A stretch of 62,627 bases of DNA, filler included, from Gemmatimonadota bacterium (GCA_003697105.1; 4 parts of 4 records of this genome joined end to end with filler, not necessarily neighbours in it), one strand, 5' to 3'; counted from the whole stretch's first letter, positions 8,996 through 18,315 are shown. The notes: generated by a model from the letters alone, not told the origin. Translations and numbers: made by a program.

Positions 8996-10171
8996 TTACA
9001 GTTCTGAAGAGGTTTGAAGATACCATTTTCCGTAAAGATACTGCCCCAATTGTAGCCCAAACCCTAGCAGTAGCGCAATGGTTAGATTTCGGGTGAAAAA
9101 TGACACCGACCCCACGAGAATCGCTACCAGCAGGTCATATTTCAGCTCTAATTTGTTAAGTAAGGTCATCAAGCGGTAACTATCGAGCAACAGCATTGCG
9201 CCTAAAACGGGGACAGGGATAAAAAACAAGAAGGTCGAAAATGGACTTAGGGCAACCAGCACAAAAAATGTCCCTAAGATGATGGTAGTTCCGCCGGTTT
9301 TGCCACCAAATTGAGCATGTGCCCCAATGCCGCCCGCTCCGTGGCAAATCGGGAATCCGCCCAGTAGTCCGATGAAAATATTGATGAGTCCAATGGAAAA
9401 GCCCAATTTAGTGGTCGTTACCCGCTGTGCTTGTTCTTTCCAGAATGCATGACAGGCATCACAGGCGGCAAACACCGCATTTCCTAAGGTCAGAGGCAAT
9501 TGGGGAATCATCAAAAAGATCAAGCTGTTTAAAAAGAAGTTCCATTGGGGGGTTTGGGGTTCCGTAAGCGACCCGTGGAGGGTACTCAAATCCAGATGAA
9601 CATTAAATAGGATCGCGATTAGAATACCGGTGGGAATAATCAAGAGAATAATCGGGAACCGCCGCCGAAATTGAACCCACCATAACAGGATGATCAATGT
9701 GGCGAAAATAATCGCATTGAGCATCAATGAAGACGTTAAAGACGATTTAAGAAAAAAACCATTTTCTACGGTCAGTTGAATCGCTTTTTGAGCGAGAATC
9801 AATCCCACACCGAGTTGAATTCCCCGCACAATTGCCGGGGTAAACCAGTTGCCTAACCAGCGAATCACACCGGTAGTGGATAATAGAATTAATAAAATAC
9901 CATAAAAAACAGCAGTGGTAGAGAGCGCACTGGCGGAATATCCGGTGGCGATAGCAATCACTGCCATGGCTTTTAAGGGTTGGATGGCAACCGGTACTTT
10001 ATAATACCAACCACTAAGGATGTAAGCGATACCCCACAAAAAAAAGATACGTTCCGGCGAAAACCCGTTGTACACAATTAAGGCAAACGCAAGGGGCAAT
10101 GTGGTGCCCAAGTCTCCTACAGCTCCTGACCATTCCGACAGTTTGAAGTGATTTTTAGGCGTCGGGTTCAT
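8996..10171 (-). CDS. MOT1-family putative molybdate/sulfate transporter
   Basis: SGAVGDLGTTLP, PVAIQPLKA, PQLPLTLGNA, PICHGAGGIGAHAQFGGKTG motifs of the MOT1 family; located within the Moco operon. Confidence 0.85.
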   Translation of the reverse strand: MNPTPKNHFKLSEWSGAVGDLGTTLPLAFALIVYNGFSPERIFFLWGIAYILSGWYYKVPVAIQPLKAMAVIAIATGYSASALSTTAVFYGILLILLSTTGVIRWLGNWFTPAIVRGIQLGVGLILAQKAIQLTVENGFFLKSSLTSSLMLNAIIFATLIILLWWVQFRRRFPIILLIIPTGILIAILFNVHLDLSTLHGSLTEPQTPQWNFFLNSLIFLMIPQLPLTLGNAVFAACDACHAFWKEQAQRVTTTKLGFSIGLINIFIGLLGGFPICHGAGGIGAHAQFGGKTGGTTIILGTFFVLVALSPFSTFLFFIPVPVLGAMLLLDSYRLMTLLNKLELKYDLLVAILVGSVSFFTRNLTIALLLGFGLQLGQYLYGKWYLQTSSEL

Positions 10172-10173
10172 GT

Positions 10174-11202
10174 TTATCCTCCAATGGCAGACATCGATTG
10201 AAATGTGCCGTTTTGCTTCAGTTTTTCGACCGTCTCAAACCCGTCTTTATTCCGTTGCCCGACACAGCGCCGGATGATGTGCTGGATGCCCGCGTCATCT
10301 GTCCCGTTGCGGAGTTCCTGCCGCAAATCGTACACACCCTGATCATACAGACACGTTTTGAGCATCCCTTTGGCGGTAATACGCAACCGGTTGCACGAGC
10401 CACAAAACAAGCGTGAAAAACCGGCAATAATGCCCACACACCCCTGATGCCCCTCAATTTTGTAATTGTGCGCCGTGGAATTGGGGTGATCGTCCACTTT
10501 TTTTAAAGATGGGTATTCCGTTTTCAGGAGGTTCAAAATGCGGTCACGGTTCCAAGGTGTCAAAGGCTTTGCGCCACCGTTGAAAGGCATTTCTTCGATG
10601 AATCGCACATCCACCGGATAATTTTTGGAGAGGTTGGCGACCGGAATAATATCCTCCGTGTTGACACCGTTCATTACGACCATGTTAATTTTGAGGGGGA
10701 TATTGTACGCCAAAATAGCATGAAAGGAAGCCATAACCCGTTCCAGCCCATCACGACGGGTTATGTGGCGAAATCGATCCCGATCGAGCGTATCAATGCT
10801 CAAATTGATGCCATTAATACCGATCCGGTGGAGCTCGGGTAAAAATTCCGCCGTAACCAAGCCATTTGTGGTCAGGTGGATTTGCTCAATGCCCGGAGTT
10901 TGGCGGATGTGCCACAGTAGATCGATCAATCCCTTGCGCACGAGCGGTTCGCCACCGGTAAGGCGCACTTTACGAATACCGAGCGGCGCCAACAGGCGAA
11001 TTAATCGCTTCATTTCGTCGATGGAAAGCATTTCATCCCGGTGGGATTTTGGAATGCCGCCGGCGGGCATACAATAAATACACCGCAGGTTGCACAATTC
11101 CGTAACTGCCAACCGGACATAGTCGATCCGGCGCTGGTAGTTATCGATCAAGGGGGGTGATGTTGGTGTGGCCGGTTTCTGAACCGGCATGGAGGCACTC
11201 AT
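10174..11202 (-). CDS. moaA: GTP 3',8-cyclase (radical SAM)
   Basis: CNLRCIYC, RLTGGEPL, FCGSCNRLR...C, terminal IGG; start at MSASMP after RBS AAAGGAG. Confidence 0.95.
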   Translation of the reverse strand: MSASMPVQKPATPTSPPLIDNYQRRIDYVRLAVTELCNLRCIYCMPAGGIPKSHRDEMLSIDEMKRLIRLLAPLGIRKVRLTGGEPLVRKGLIDLLWHIRQTPGIEQIHLTTNGLVTAEFLPELHRIGINGINLSIDTLDRDRFRHITRRDGLERVMASFHAILAYNIPLKINMVVMNGVNTEDIIPVANLSKNYPVDVRFIEEMPFNGGAKPLTPWNRDRILNLLKTEYPSLKKVDDHPNSTAHNYKIEGHQGCVGIIAGFSRLFCGSCNRLRITAKGMLKTCLYDQGVYDLRQELRNGTDDAGIQHIIRRCVGQRNKDGFETVEKLKQNGTFQSMSAIGG

Positions 11203-11206
11203 GGGG

Positions 11207-11313
11207 AACTCCTTTCCAAATTCGGGAGGCCATGCGGTTTCCCGCACAACCCTATCGGCAAAGCATCCTATCGCTTGAATATTCAACGACGTAGATGACG
11301 TTGCTCGGAGTGT
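11207..11313 (-). promoter_or_regulatory. Moco (molybdenum/tungsten cofactor) riboswitch upstream of moaA
   Basis: Minus strand reads ACTCCGAGC...GCCGATAGGGTTGTGCGG-GAAA-CCGCATGGCCTCCCGAATTTGGAAAGGAGT; matches recalled Moco RNA hallmarks (GNRA-capped P4, GCCTCCCGxATTTGGAAAGGxG 3' end, P1 ACTCC/GGAGT covering the RBS). Confidence 0.85.
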
Positions 11314-11900
11314 TTAATTGCCTGATATTCTTCCGGCGTATTGCAATTTAATAAGTGATGGTCCTCAGAAATTATTTTATGTATATCGTTATTTCCCAAC
11401 ACCTTACGGATTGAATATTGCTGATTTTTCCGTGCGTTTTCCAAAATGGGTTGCATCGTGGGTTCGTAAATGGTGCATAGCGGTTCAGGAAACCCCTTTT
11501 CTGGATTCACAAACGCGGTTGCTCTCTTATCTGGGTTTCGATTTCGGATAAGATAATCGATTGTTCTGGGATTGACAAGAGGTAAATCAATTGCCAATAC
11601 CAACCATGCCACCGCCGGCTGATGATCAAATGCCGCCAAAATACCGCTTAACGGTCCAATACCGGCATATTGGTCATGGATTTGCGGAAAATCAGCATAC
11701 TGTTGAGCCTGATCTGCCCGGCAGGAAACATATACATGCTCGCACTGGGCAGAAAGTAGCTCATAACAATAGCCCAATTGGTGCGTTCCATGATAGTTTA
11801 GCAGGGCTTTGTCATGTTTCATGCGGGTGCTGAACCCGCCACTAAGAATCAATCCCCACATCGGGGGTTGCGGCATGTTGGGGGTCATGGGTTTGGGCAT
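11283..11900 (-). CDS. mobA: Molybdenum cofactor guanylyltransferase
   Basis: LILSGGFSTRMKHDKA, GPLSGI, AIDLP, PEPLCTIY, NCNTPEEY; exact start uncertain because of overlap with the upstream gene. Confidence 0.9.
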   Translation of the reverse strand: MPKPMTPNMPQPPMWGLILSGGFSTRMKHDKALLNYHGTHQLGYCYELLSAQCEHVYVSCRADQAQQYADFPQIHDQYAGIGPLSGILAAFDHQPAVAWLVLAIDLPLVNPRTIDYLIRNRNPDKRATAFVNPEKGFPEPLCTIYEPTMQPILENARKNQQYSIRKVLGNNDIHKIISEDHHLLNCNTPEEYQAIKHSEQRHLRR

Positions 11901-12849
11901 ACCGGTTTATAGTGATCACATCTAACGGGCAAAATTCTTTGCACAGGTCGCATCCGGTGCAGAAATCTGGGTTGAATTGAAGTGTTTCTTGCGAGTCTTC
12001 ACCGGTTTCTGAAAATAAGGCTTCTGTGGGACAGATCGCCACGCAATCCCAACATAAATCGCATTCATCGCCAATGGTTACCTCATAATTATAGAACGTT
12101 TTGAACCGGCTTTGGAGGTTTTCGGGCAATTTAGCGCAGGCCTGGTTCAATAATTTTTTCTTGAACGGTAAAGTTTTGGCACTATACCGGACCGATTCCT
12201 CTTCAGGTTTGGGCTCCGATTCCATCATGGCGGCGATATTATGCTGGATTTTGGATCGGAAGGCAACAAAAAAATCGCGCCGGTCATAGGTTTCGGGCTG
12301 GTAATGCAATTGGGATGGGTCTTCCACCAACTGAATTTTTTCAGAAAGGTTTATCCCGAGGTTTTCCGCCACCGCCGCCAGATTGGCGTTGAGGTATTCC
12401 AGAATAAAATGGTTTTTACATGTCTGGCAGGGCGTTAAATTCAATTGAACGGTTGTTTTTAGTTCTGAAAAAAGCGCCAGTAAATGCGCTTCAGATAAAA
12501 TCCCTAAACAGGATATGGTTTGATCGGCTTCTGAACAGCGGTCACATCCCAAAACGGGTTGAGGACGTGTTTTGAGAGCTTGGATAGTTTTCTGGAAGTT
12601 TACATTGGTGCCCCAAAGCGCATCCGCCGGACAAACGGCGGTACATAGCATACATTCCGAACATCGCTGGTAATCAATTGCCAGTTCCGGTTCAAGGGTA
12701 ATGGCGTGGTGAGGGCAAATATCCACGCATTCGGTACACGGATGCGCGCTAAATCGCATCGGCAAACAGCGCGATTTTGTAACACCGACGGAAGGCGCGG
12801 TATCGGTGATTTTGCTGGCAATTTTAGTGGAGATAAACTGAGTCAGCAT
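11842..12849 (-). CDS. Multi-[4Fe-4S] ferredoxin-like protein (arr-cluster associated)
   Basis: Several CxxCxxCxxxCP motifs at both ends (CSECMLCTAVCP, CDLCWDCVAICP, CTGCDLCKEFCP); internal DRRDFF motif. Confidence 0.8.
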   Translation of the reverse strand: MLTQFISTKIASKITDTAPSVGVTKSRCLPMRFSAHPCTECVDICPHHAITLEPELAIDYQRCSECMLCTAVCPADALWGTNVNFQKTIQALKTRPQPVLGCDRCSEADQTISCLGILSEAHLLALFSELKTTVQLNLTPCQTCKNHFILEYLNANLAAVAENLGINLSEKIQLVEDPSQLHYQPETYDRRDFFVAFRSKIQHNIAAMMESEPKPEEESVRYSAKTLPFKKKLLNQACAKLPENLQSRFKTFYNYEVTIGDECDLCWDCVAICPTEALFSETGEDSQETLQFNPDFCTGCDLCKEFCPLDVITINRYAQTHDPQHAATPDVGIDS

Positions 12850-12858
12850 GAGCGTTGA

Positions 12859-13455
12859 TCACGAAAGTTGGAATCGAATAAATTGGCTAAGAGTTTCGGC
12901 TAATTGGCGGTAAAATTCATTGGTCGTATTTGTTTTTATTTGTTCGCAAAATGGGAATACAAACGGTGCCAGATACTGTTTTAAAAAGGTTCGCTGGGCT
13001 TGAATATAGGTTTCACGGTTTCCATTTACGGACGCTTGATAACCCAAATAGTACATGAATTCTAATTCTACGGCGATGTGATCCGGCAATTCCTTAAAAT
13101 CTTCGGCGATTTCTAAGCCATACTGGCGATACATGTTTTTTACCGCCATGGTGGTATCCCCCATGACTTTGCCCTCTGTTTCCAGATAGAGCGACCCGTA
13201 CGGCGGTGCTTCCAATTTAAATGGACCCACAAACAATCTGGCATATTCCACGGTAAGCTCTTCAATGGAATATTGCTGAAACGCCTGTTCCAGTTGCTCG
13301 ATATTTGGTACGATGGGCGGAAGACTCATCTTCAGGATATGTTTTAGTTGGGAAAATAGGTTTTCCGGTGCTAACCACTCCGCTTCCGGCTCATAAAAAC
13401 AGATGGCAAATGTGCGATAGGCGTCTGCTTGGGCTAATGTTTTTGTATGTTCCAT
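12859..13455 (-). CDS. arrD: TorD/DmsD-family molybdoenzyme chaperone
   Basis: EYARLFVGP, PPYGSLY, ELPDHIAVELEFM motifs; directly downstream of arrAB. Confidence 0.88.
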   Translation of the reverse strand: MEHTKTLAQADAYRTFAICFYEPEAEWLAPENLFSQLKHILKMSLPPIVPNIEQLEQAFQQYSIEELTVEYARLFVGPFKLEAPPYGSLYLETEGKVMGDTTMAVKNMYRQYGLEIAEDFKELPDHIAVELEFMYYLGYQASVNGNRETYIQAQRTFLKQYLAPFVFPFCEQIKTNTTNEFYRQLAETLSQFIRFQLS

Positions 13456-13493
13456 GATATATCCTCTTCAGAGGGTTAAAAGGTAATACAACT

Positions 13494-13541
13494 AAAAGAA
13501 AAGGAAGAATAAAGCAGAGCAGGCAACTTTATTCTTCCTTT
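13494..13541 (-). terminator. Intrinsic terminator-like hairpin after arrB
   Basis: 15-bp stem AAAGGAAGAATAAAG/CTTTATTCTTCCTTT followed by a T-rich tail on the minus strand. Confidence 0.65.
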
Positions 13542-13563
13542 ATTTTACATCATCGGGTTGCCT

Positions 13564-14328
13564 CTAACCCTTTTTGAAACTTCGAATGTAGTGGACATTC
13601 GGTTCAGTGCCGGCTTCTTCCTTCAACCGGAATGATTTGTGTTCTGCCAAGGCTTTGCTGGGAGCACTGTTCGGGTCGTCCAAATCTCCGAAAATTCGGG
13701 CGCCGGAGGGGCAGACTTCCACACACGCGGGCATCAGATTTTGGGCGACACGATGGGCGCAAAAGATACACTTTTCCACGACACCGGGCCGGCGAACGCT
13801 CTCATAATCGGGATGGGTGTACTTGGTTTCATACGGGGGCGTTGCGCCGGCCTTTTCGGCGATTTCCGCCCCGGATGCGGTACAGCCAGGGATCATCTCG
13901 GTCTTATCCCGATACTCGGCGTGGGTCTCAACTTTTCGTTTGTTGAAACTAATGACACTATAACCGGTGTCGCTCTTGACAATATCAATGGCGCTATACG
14001 GGCAGGCTCGCTGGCATTTACGGCAACCAATGCAACGTTCATCATTATGCATGGTAATGCCATTTTCCGTTTTATACATCGCCTTATCTTTCACCGGACA
14101 GGCGGCAACACACGCGGCGTTACTGCAATGATTGCATAAGACCGGGATGGCGGTATAGCTTACATTCGGGAAGGTGCCTTCGGTCTTAAACATAAAGTCT
14201 GCCCAGTTGAAGGTTTGACCGTTCTTCACGTCACGGTTTGGGGTGTTGTTCTCTGTCTTGCAACCTAATGCGCAGGCGCCACAGCCCACACATTTTTGCA
14301 GGTCAATGACCATTCCTAATCTTGCCAT
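13564..14328 (-). CDS. arrB: Respiratory arsenate reductase Fe-S subunit
   Basis: MARLGMVIDLQKCVGCGACALGCKTENN; four Fe-S motifs of DmsB/PsrB type; adjacent to arrA. Confidence 0.9.
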   Translation of the reverse strand: MARLGMVIDLQKCVGCGACALGCKTENNTPNRDVKNGQTFNWADFMFKTEGTFPNVSYTAIPVLCNHCSNAACVAACPVKDKAMYKTENGITMHNDERCIGCRKCQRACPYSAIDIVKSDTGYSVISFNKRKVETHAEYRDKTEMIPGCTASGAEIAEKAGATPPYETKYTHPDYESVRRPGVVEKCIFCAHRVAQNLMPACVEVCPSGARIFGDLDDPNSAPSKALAEHKSFRLKEEAGTEPNVHYIRSFKKG

Positions 14329-14351
14329 TTCTTATTCCTCCAATCTATGGG

Positions 14352-16889
14352 TTAGACTTTTTCAATTTTCACACCGGTGAAGCCGCCGTTGCGTACATTA
14401 CTACCGCTTAGGCGTTCGGTATCATACGGCATCAGGTAATTGTTATTACCACCGCGCGGTTCAAAGGTGGCATAGTTTTTCGCTGCCACCCGGCCATACG
14501 CCCAGTGACCTTGACCGTAACATTTGGCGACTGTGCCGGGTTGGATGCCTTCCCACAGTTTCGCTTTCACTGTGATGCTCGCCACAACAGAGGTAAGTTT
14601 AACCATATCCCCATCGGCGATGCCCAACTTTTTGGCATCTGCTGGATTGATTTTGACGACATCTTCCCAGCTTTCATCACCCGGATCCACCTTCTTAAAC
14701 TCTTGATACCAAGGCGCGTTCTGGCTACGTCCTTCGCGGTTGAGGCGCGATTTATAATCCACAAAATCAAAGGGATATTCATTGCGATCACCCCAACGAT
14801 ATGGCGCTTCGTAATGTGGCACGAAAGCGTGTTCACCGCGGGCTTCATATTTACAGGTTTCCAGAATATCATCGATGGTGGTTTTGTGCTTTTCCGCGTG
14901 TTTCGACAACGCTTCTTTCAAGGTTTCGCTATAGAACTCAAATTTCTCGGTCTTGGTATGAAAATGACCCCAACGCTTTTTAAACGGATAGGCATCGGAG
15001 TTCCACAGACCGCGTTTACGGAAGTCTGCCCAACCATTGATTTTATCACCACCAATGTCCTTTTTACCATCCCAAATGGGTGCGGTTTGGTTCTTCAAGT
15101 TGTATTCGGTGAATTCCAGACCGTTGGTGGGTGCTTTGCCGGTTTCGGGGTCTTTGAATTCGTTGGTGAAGTAATCCAACAAGTTGGGGAAACCGCGTTC
15201 TTTGAGCTTTTCAGCAATCAACCACGGGATTTCGGTTTCGTCCATTTTCAAATCCCACAACGGCTTGACCACCGGTTGCACCAACGTACAGGTGGCGTAC
15301 TTATTCGCTTTCGTTTTTACATAGCCTAGCTTTTCATACTTGGTGATACAGGCAGGCAATACAATATCCGCATATTGGGTGAATTCCGAAGCATGGGTGG
15401 TAATGTGGGCTAAAAACGGGATTTTTTCCAATGCTTTTTCCCAGCGTTCGGCACCGGTGCAGGAGAAGACAAAGTTGTTCATATACCCGATGACTACTTT
15501 AACCGGATAGGGCTTATCGGCGAGAATGTTATCGGCGACTGCATTGGTGACCACACCGCCCCCGGATTTGCCTTTTTTCAGAGCTGGAAATTCTTTAGAG
15601 CCGCGCAAGTCAATCTTTTTCATGTGCGAATGCTCTTTGGCTAATTCATCCTGGTAGGCATCAAATTTCGGAATCTTATTGACTGGGATTTTAGCAGTTG
15701 CCAAGGCGCCACCTTCGGCATCCACGGAGCCCAGTAACCCATTCAACGCATGAATTGCCATGGCAGTATAGGCGCCGCGTACATGCATGGCGGCACCGGG
15801 TCCCAACCAAACCGCAACATTGGGCGCGGCTTTCGCCATATTCCGTGTAACGCGCAGAATTTGTTCTTTCGGGATACCCGTAATCTTTTCCGCCCACTCA
15901 GGGGTACGGTCTTTCAGTTCAATATTCCACCATTTGACCACGCCGTTGGTGTAAGTTTCCGTAAAGGTGGCTTCATCGACTTCTTGCCCAGCTTTGAACA
16001 GGTTTTTGCCATCGGTAAAATCACCGACAAATTCTTTGTTCCACAACCCTTCGGTCAAAATGATGTGAGCCATCGCGGTTGCTAATGCGCCATCTTCACC
16101 AGGTTTAATGGGTAACCACTCTTGAGCCTTGGCGGCGGAGGTTGTCAATTTGGGGTCAACAACCGCAATGGCACCCCGATCCAGCAAATCCCCAAACGCT
16201 CTAATGGTTGCTGGAATCATCCGATTACTACTCACCGGATCACAACCCCAAATGAGCAAATATTTGGTATTATCCAGATCATAATCTCGATAACCCCAGT
16301 AACCGGCGGTATAGTAAGAACCAAATTTTTCCGCTTCGGCACAGATGGCACTATGCGAAATGCCATTCGGTGAGCCAAATACTTTGGGAAGGGCGGCATA
16401 GATGGTATCCCGCATATAGGTATAGCGCCCTCGTAGAACGGCAAATGCCTCTGGCGTACCGGCTTTGCGCAATTCCATCATTTTATCGGCGATGGTATTC
16501 AACGCTTCATCCCACGTGATGGGCACAAATTGGGGGTCAACGCCACGCCCCTTCTTGGGATTGGTGCGTTTCATCGGCACTTTGACCCGGTCTGGATCGT
16601 ATAACAGTTGAAGGGACAGATGGCCCTTGGGGCACAAAAACCCTTGATTTTGCTTGGAAAGCTGATTGCCACGGACGCGAACCGCGCGCCCATCTTGTAC
16701 TAAAACTTCTGCCGGGCACCAAGTGGTACATCCTTGACATGTGGTCTTTTTCCACTCACCAGCGGCACTGCTGACACCCTTGCTAGGGCGTGCACTTTCG
16801 GCAAAAGCGTTCAATTGGGGACCACTCAATGCCGCCACGGCGCCTACCGTTGCACTGGCTTTTAAGAACGTACGTCTTTTCATTTTCAT
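14352..16889 (-). CDS. arrA: Respiratory arsenate reductase catalytic molybdopterin subunit
   Basis: Tat signal KRRTFLK; CQGCTTWC...C Fe-S motif; ArrA-diagnostic RGRY (not ArxA GRGW); SHSAICAEAEK Mo-ligand segment; SRLNREGRS and GQGHWAYGR motifs. Confidence 0.93.
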   Translation of the reverse strand: MKMKRRTFLKASATVGAVAALSGPQLNAFAESARPSKGVSSAAGEWKKTTCQGCTTWCPAEVLVQDGRAVRVRGNQLSKQNQGFLCPKGHLSLQLLYDPDRVKVPMKRTNPKKGRGVDPQFVPITWDEALNTIADKMMELRKAGTPEAFAVLRGRYTYMRDTIYAALPKVFGSPNGISHSAICAEAEKFGSYYTAGYWGYRDYDLDNTKYLLIWGCDPVSSNRMIPATIRAFGDLLDRGAIAVVDPKLTTSAAKAQEWLPIKPGEDGALATAMAHIILTEGLWNKEFVGDFTDGKNLFKAGQEVDEATFTETYTNGVVKWWNIELKDRTPEWAEKITGIPKEQILRVTRNMAKAAPNVAVWLGPGAAMHVRGAYTAMAIHALNGLLGSVDAEGGALATAKIPVNKIPKFDAYQDELAKEHSHMKKIDLRGSKEFPALKKGKSGGGVVTNAVADNILADKPYPVKVVIGYMNNFVFSCTGAERWEKALEKIPFLAHITTHASEFTQYADIVLPACITKYEKLGYVKTKANKYATCTLVQPVVKPLWDLKMDETEIPWLIAEKLKERGFPNLLDYFTNEFKDPETGKAPTNGLEFTEYNLKNQTAPIWDGKKDIGGDKINGWADFRKRGLWNSDAYPFKKRWGHFHTKTEKFEFYSETLKEALSKHAEKHKTTIDDILETCKYEARGEHAFVPHYEAPYRWGDRNEYPFDFVDYKSRLNREGRSQNAPWYQEFKKVDPGDESWEDVVKINPADAKKLGIADGDMVKLTSVVASITVKAKLWEGIQPGTVAKCYGQGHWAYGRVAAKNYATFEPRGGNNNYLMPYDTERLSGSNVRNGGFTGVKIEKV

Positions 16890-16922
16890 GGGTAATACTC
16901 CTCATTTGAATTTGGGTTCACC

Positions 16923-16965
16923 CCGGGGAATAGGATGTCTATGCACGTAAACACCTATTCCCCGG
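16923..16965. other. Intergenic stem-loop between porin and arrA
   Basis: CCGGGGAATAGG-N19-CCTATTCCCCGG 12-bp inverted repeat, no U-tract. Confidence 0.55.
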
Positions 16966-16997
16966 CGATCAGAGGGAGAAACAAGAAAAAGGGGCAA

Positions 16998-18002
16998 CTA
17001 GAATTTCCATTCAAAGGTTAATTTACCAACGAGATCGGCATCCAGATCACCGGCATTCATGTAATACCAAATATTGGGGATCACATGGACTTTTTTATGA
17101 GGATGGTAATCAAAGGCGGCGATGATCAGGTTGGTTTCATTATCATCCGTATCGGCATCGGGTTCATACATATCAAACCGGAGGATTGCCGTACCGGTTT
17201 CGGTGACATCATAACGCCCAAAAACGGAGAGGGCGTTCATGGTTAGATCATCGGGATCACCTTCTTTCGTAAAGATGTAATATTCACCACCAACTGCCAA
17301 TTTATCTTGAGTGTAGCCGGCAAAGCCTTTCATGGTGATGTTTTTAAATTCGGAATCACGATTTTCGATATCGAAATAGCCTTCAATAATAAAGTTTGAA
17401 GGGTGTGCCGAGAGTGACAGTTGAAACTTTTTGTACATATTGCCCTCAGGATGGGAATAATGAGAGCCATTGGCGACCATAACATGATAGCCAATCATCT
17501 TTTCGGCAAAGGTGCCTTTTAAGGCAAGTCCGGCGTCCGCGGAGGTGGCACTGACAGATGCGCCAGTAACATCCTTAAAATTATCCCAAACGGTTTTGGC
17601 TAAACCCCGATAACCCCATACCTTTTCGGAATTTGCCCAGGTCGGGGTGCCGGAAATACCGATGTACAGTTTGGAATTCGGGATTAAGTTTTTCCACTGC
17701 AAAAATGCGTGCTTCACGAACGGGCGAAGTTTGTCATCGGCTTTCCGATCCGCATCCGTGCGAAAACGTACAGAGAACGTATCATCAATCTTCTTATTGA
17801 TCGTCAAATACGTGCGGCGGAATTTAAACGCATTTTCCTGACCATCTGCCCGAGGACCGGTGTTGGAAATATCATGGTAATAATCGAAATAGGCTTTCCC
17901 TTTGATTTCCAGACCATCCAACGATCCCGCATAACTAACGGTACTTGCCACAAATAAAACAGCAATGGATAAAACCAACATGAAAAAACGGGTGGACTTC
18001 AT
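16998..18002 (-). CDS. Outer-membrane beta-barrel porin, OprO/OprP-like (putative anion porin)
   Basis: Signal peptide; FKFRRTYLTI and FVKHAFLQW basic beta-strands; terminal aromatic FEWKF. Confidence 0.65.
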   Translation of the reverse strand: MKSTRFFMLVLSIAVLFVASTVSYAGSLDGLEIKGKAYFDYYHDISNTGPRADGQENAFKFRRTYLTINKKIDDTFSVRFRTDADRKADDKLRPFVKHAFLQWKNLIPNSKLYIGISGTPTWANSEKVWGYRGLAKTVWDNFKDVTGASVSATSADAGLALKGTFAEKMIGYHVMVANGSHYSHPEGNMYKKFQLSLSAHPSNFIIEGYFDIENRDSEFKNITMKGFAGYTQDKLAVGGEYYIFTKEGDPDDLTMNALSVFGRYDVTETGTAILRFDMYEPDADTDDNETNLIIAAFDYHPHKKVHVIPNIWYYMNAGDLDADLVGKLTFEWKF

Positions 18003-18047
18003 ACGTCACAACCTCCTTAAATTTAGAGTTAAAAAATAAGTTAGTGT

Positions 18048-18254
18048 TTATTGTTTGAGGTGCTTTGCCTCATTAACAGAATCCAAAACATCTTTAAGTT
18101 GCACGGCATCTTCAATCTCCCTCATTTCTTTTTTGAAGATGCGAACCCCTTTGCCCATCCCTCGTGCGAGTTCAGGAAGTTTTTTTCCACCAAAAAGCAA
18201 TAAAATAATGCCTGCAATTAACGAAATTTCACCAATGCCGAAACCACCAAACAT
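18048..18254 (-). CDS. tatA: Twin-arginine translocase TatA/E subunit
   Basis: GIGEI...LLLFGGKKLPELARGMGKGVRIFKK signature. Confidence 0.93.
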   Translation of the reverse strand: MFGGFGIGEISLIAGIILLLFGGKKLPELARGMGKGVRIFKKEMREIEDAVQLKDVLDSVNEAKHLKQ

Positions 18255-18315
18255 CAGATACCATCCTTTACAAAATCAGATTTAGCGAAATAAAGATTGA
18301 TTTATCTCTGTTTTT

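Noticed and set aside
14352-16889. ArxA (anaerobic arsenite oxidase) or PsrA/PhsA assignment
   Set aside because: RGRY motif and SHSAICAEAEK segment fit ArrA; the ArxA-type GRGW motif is absent
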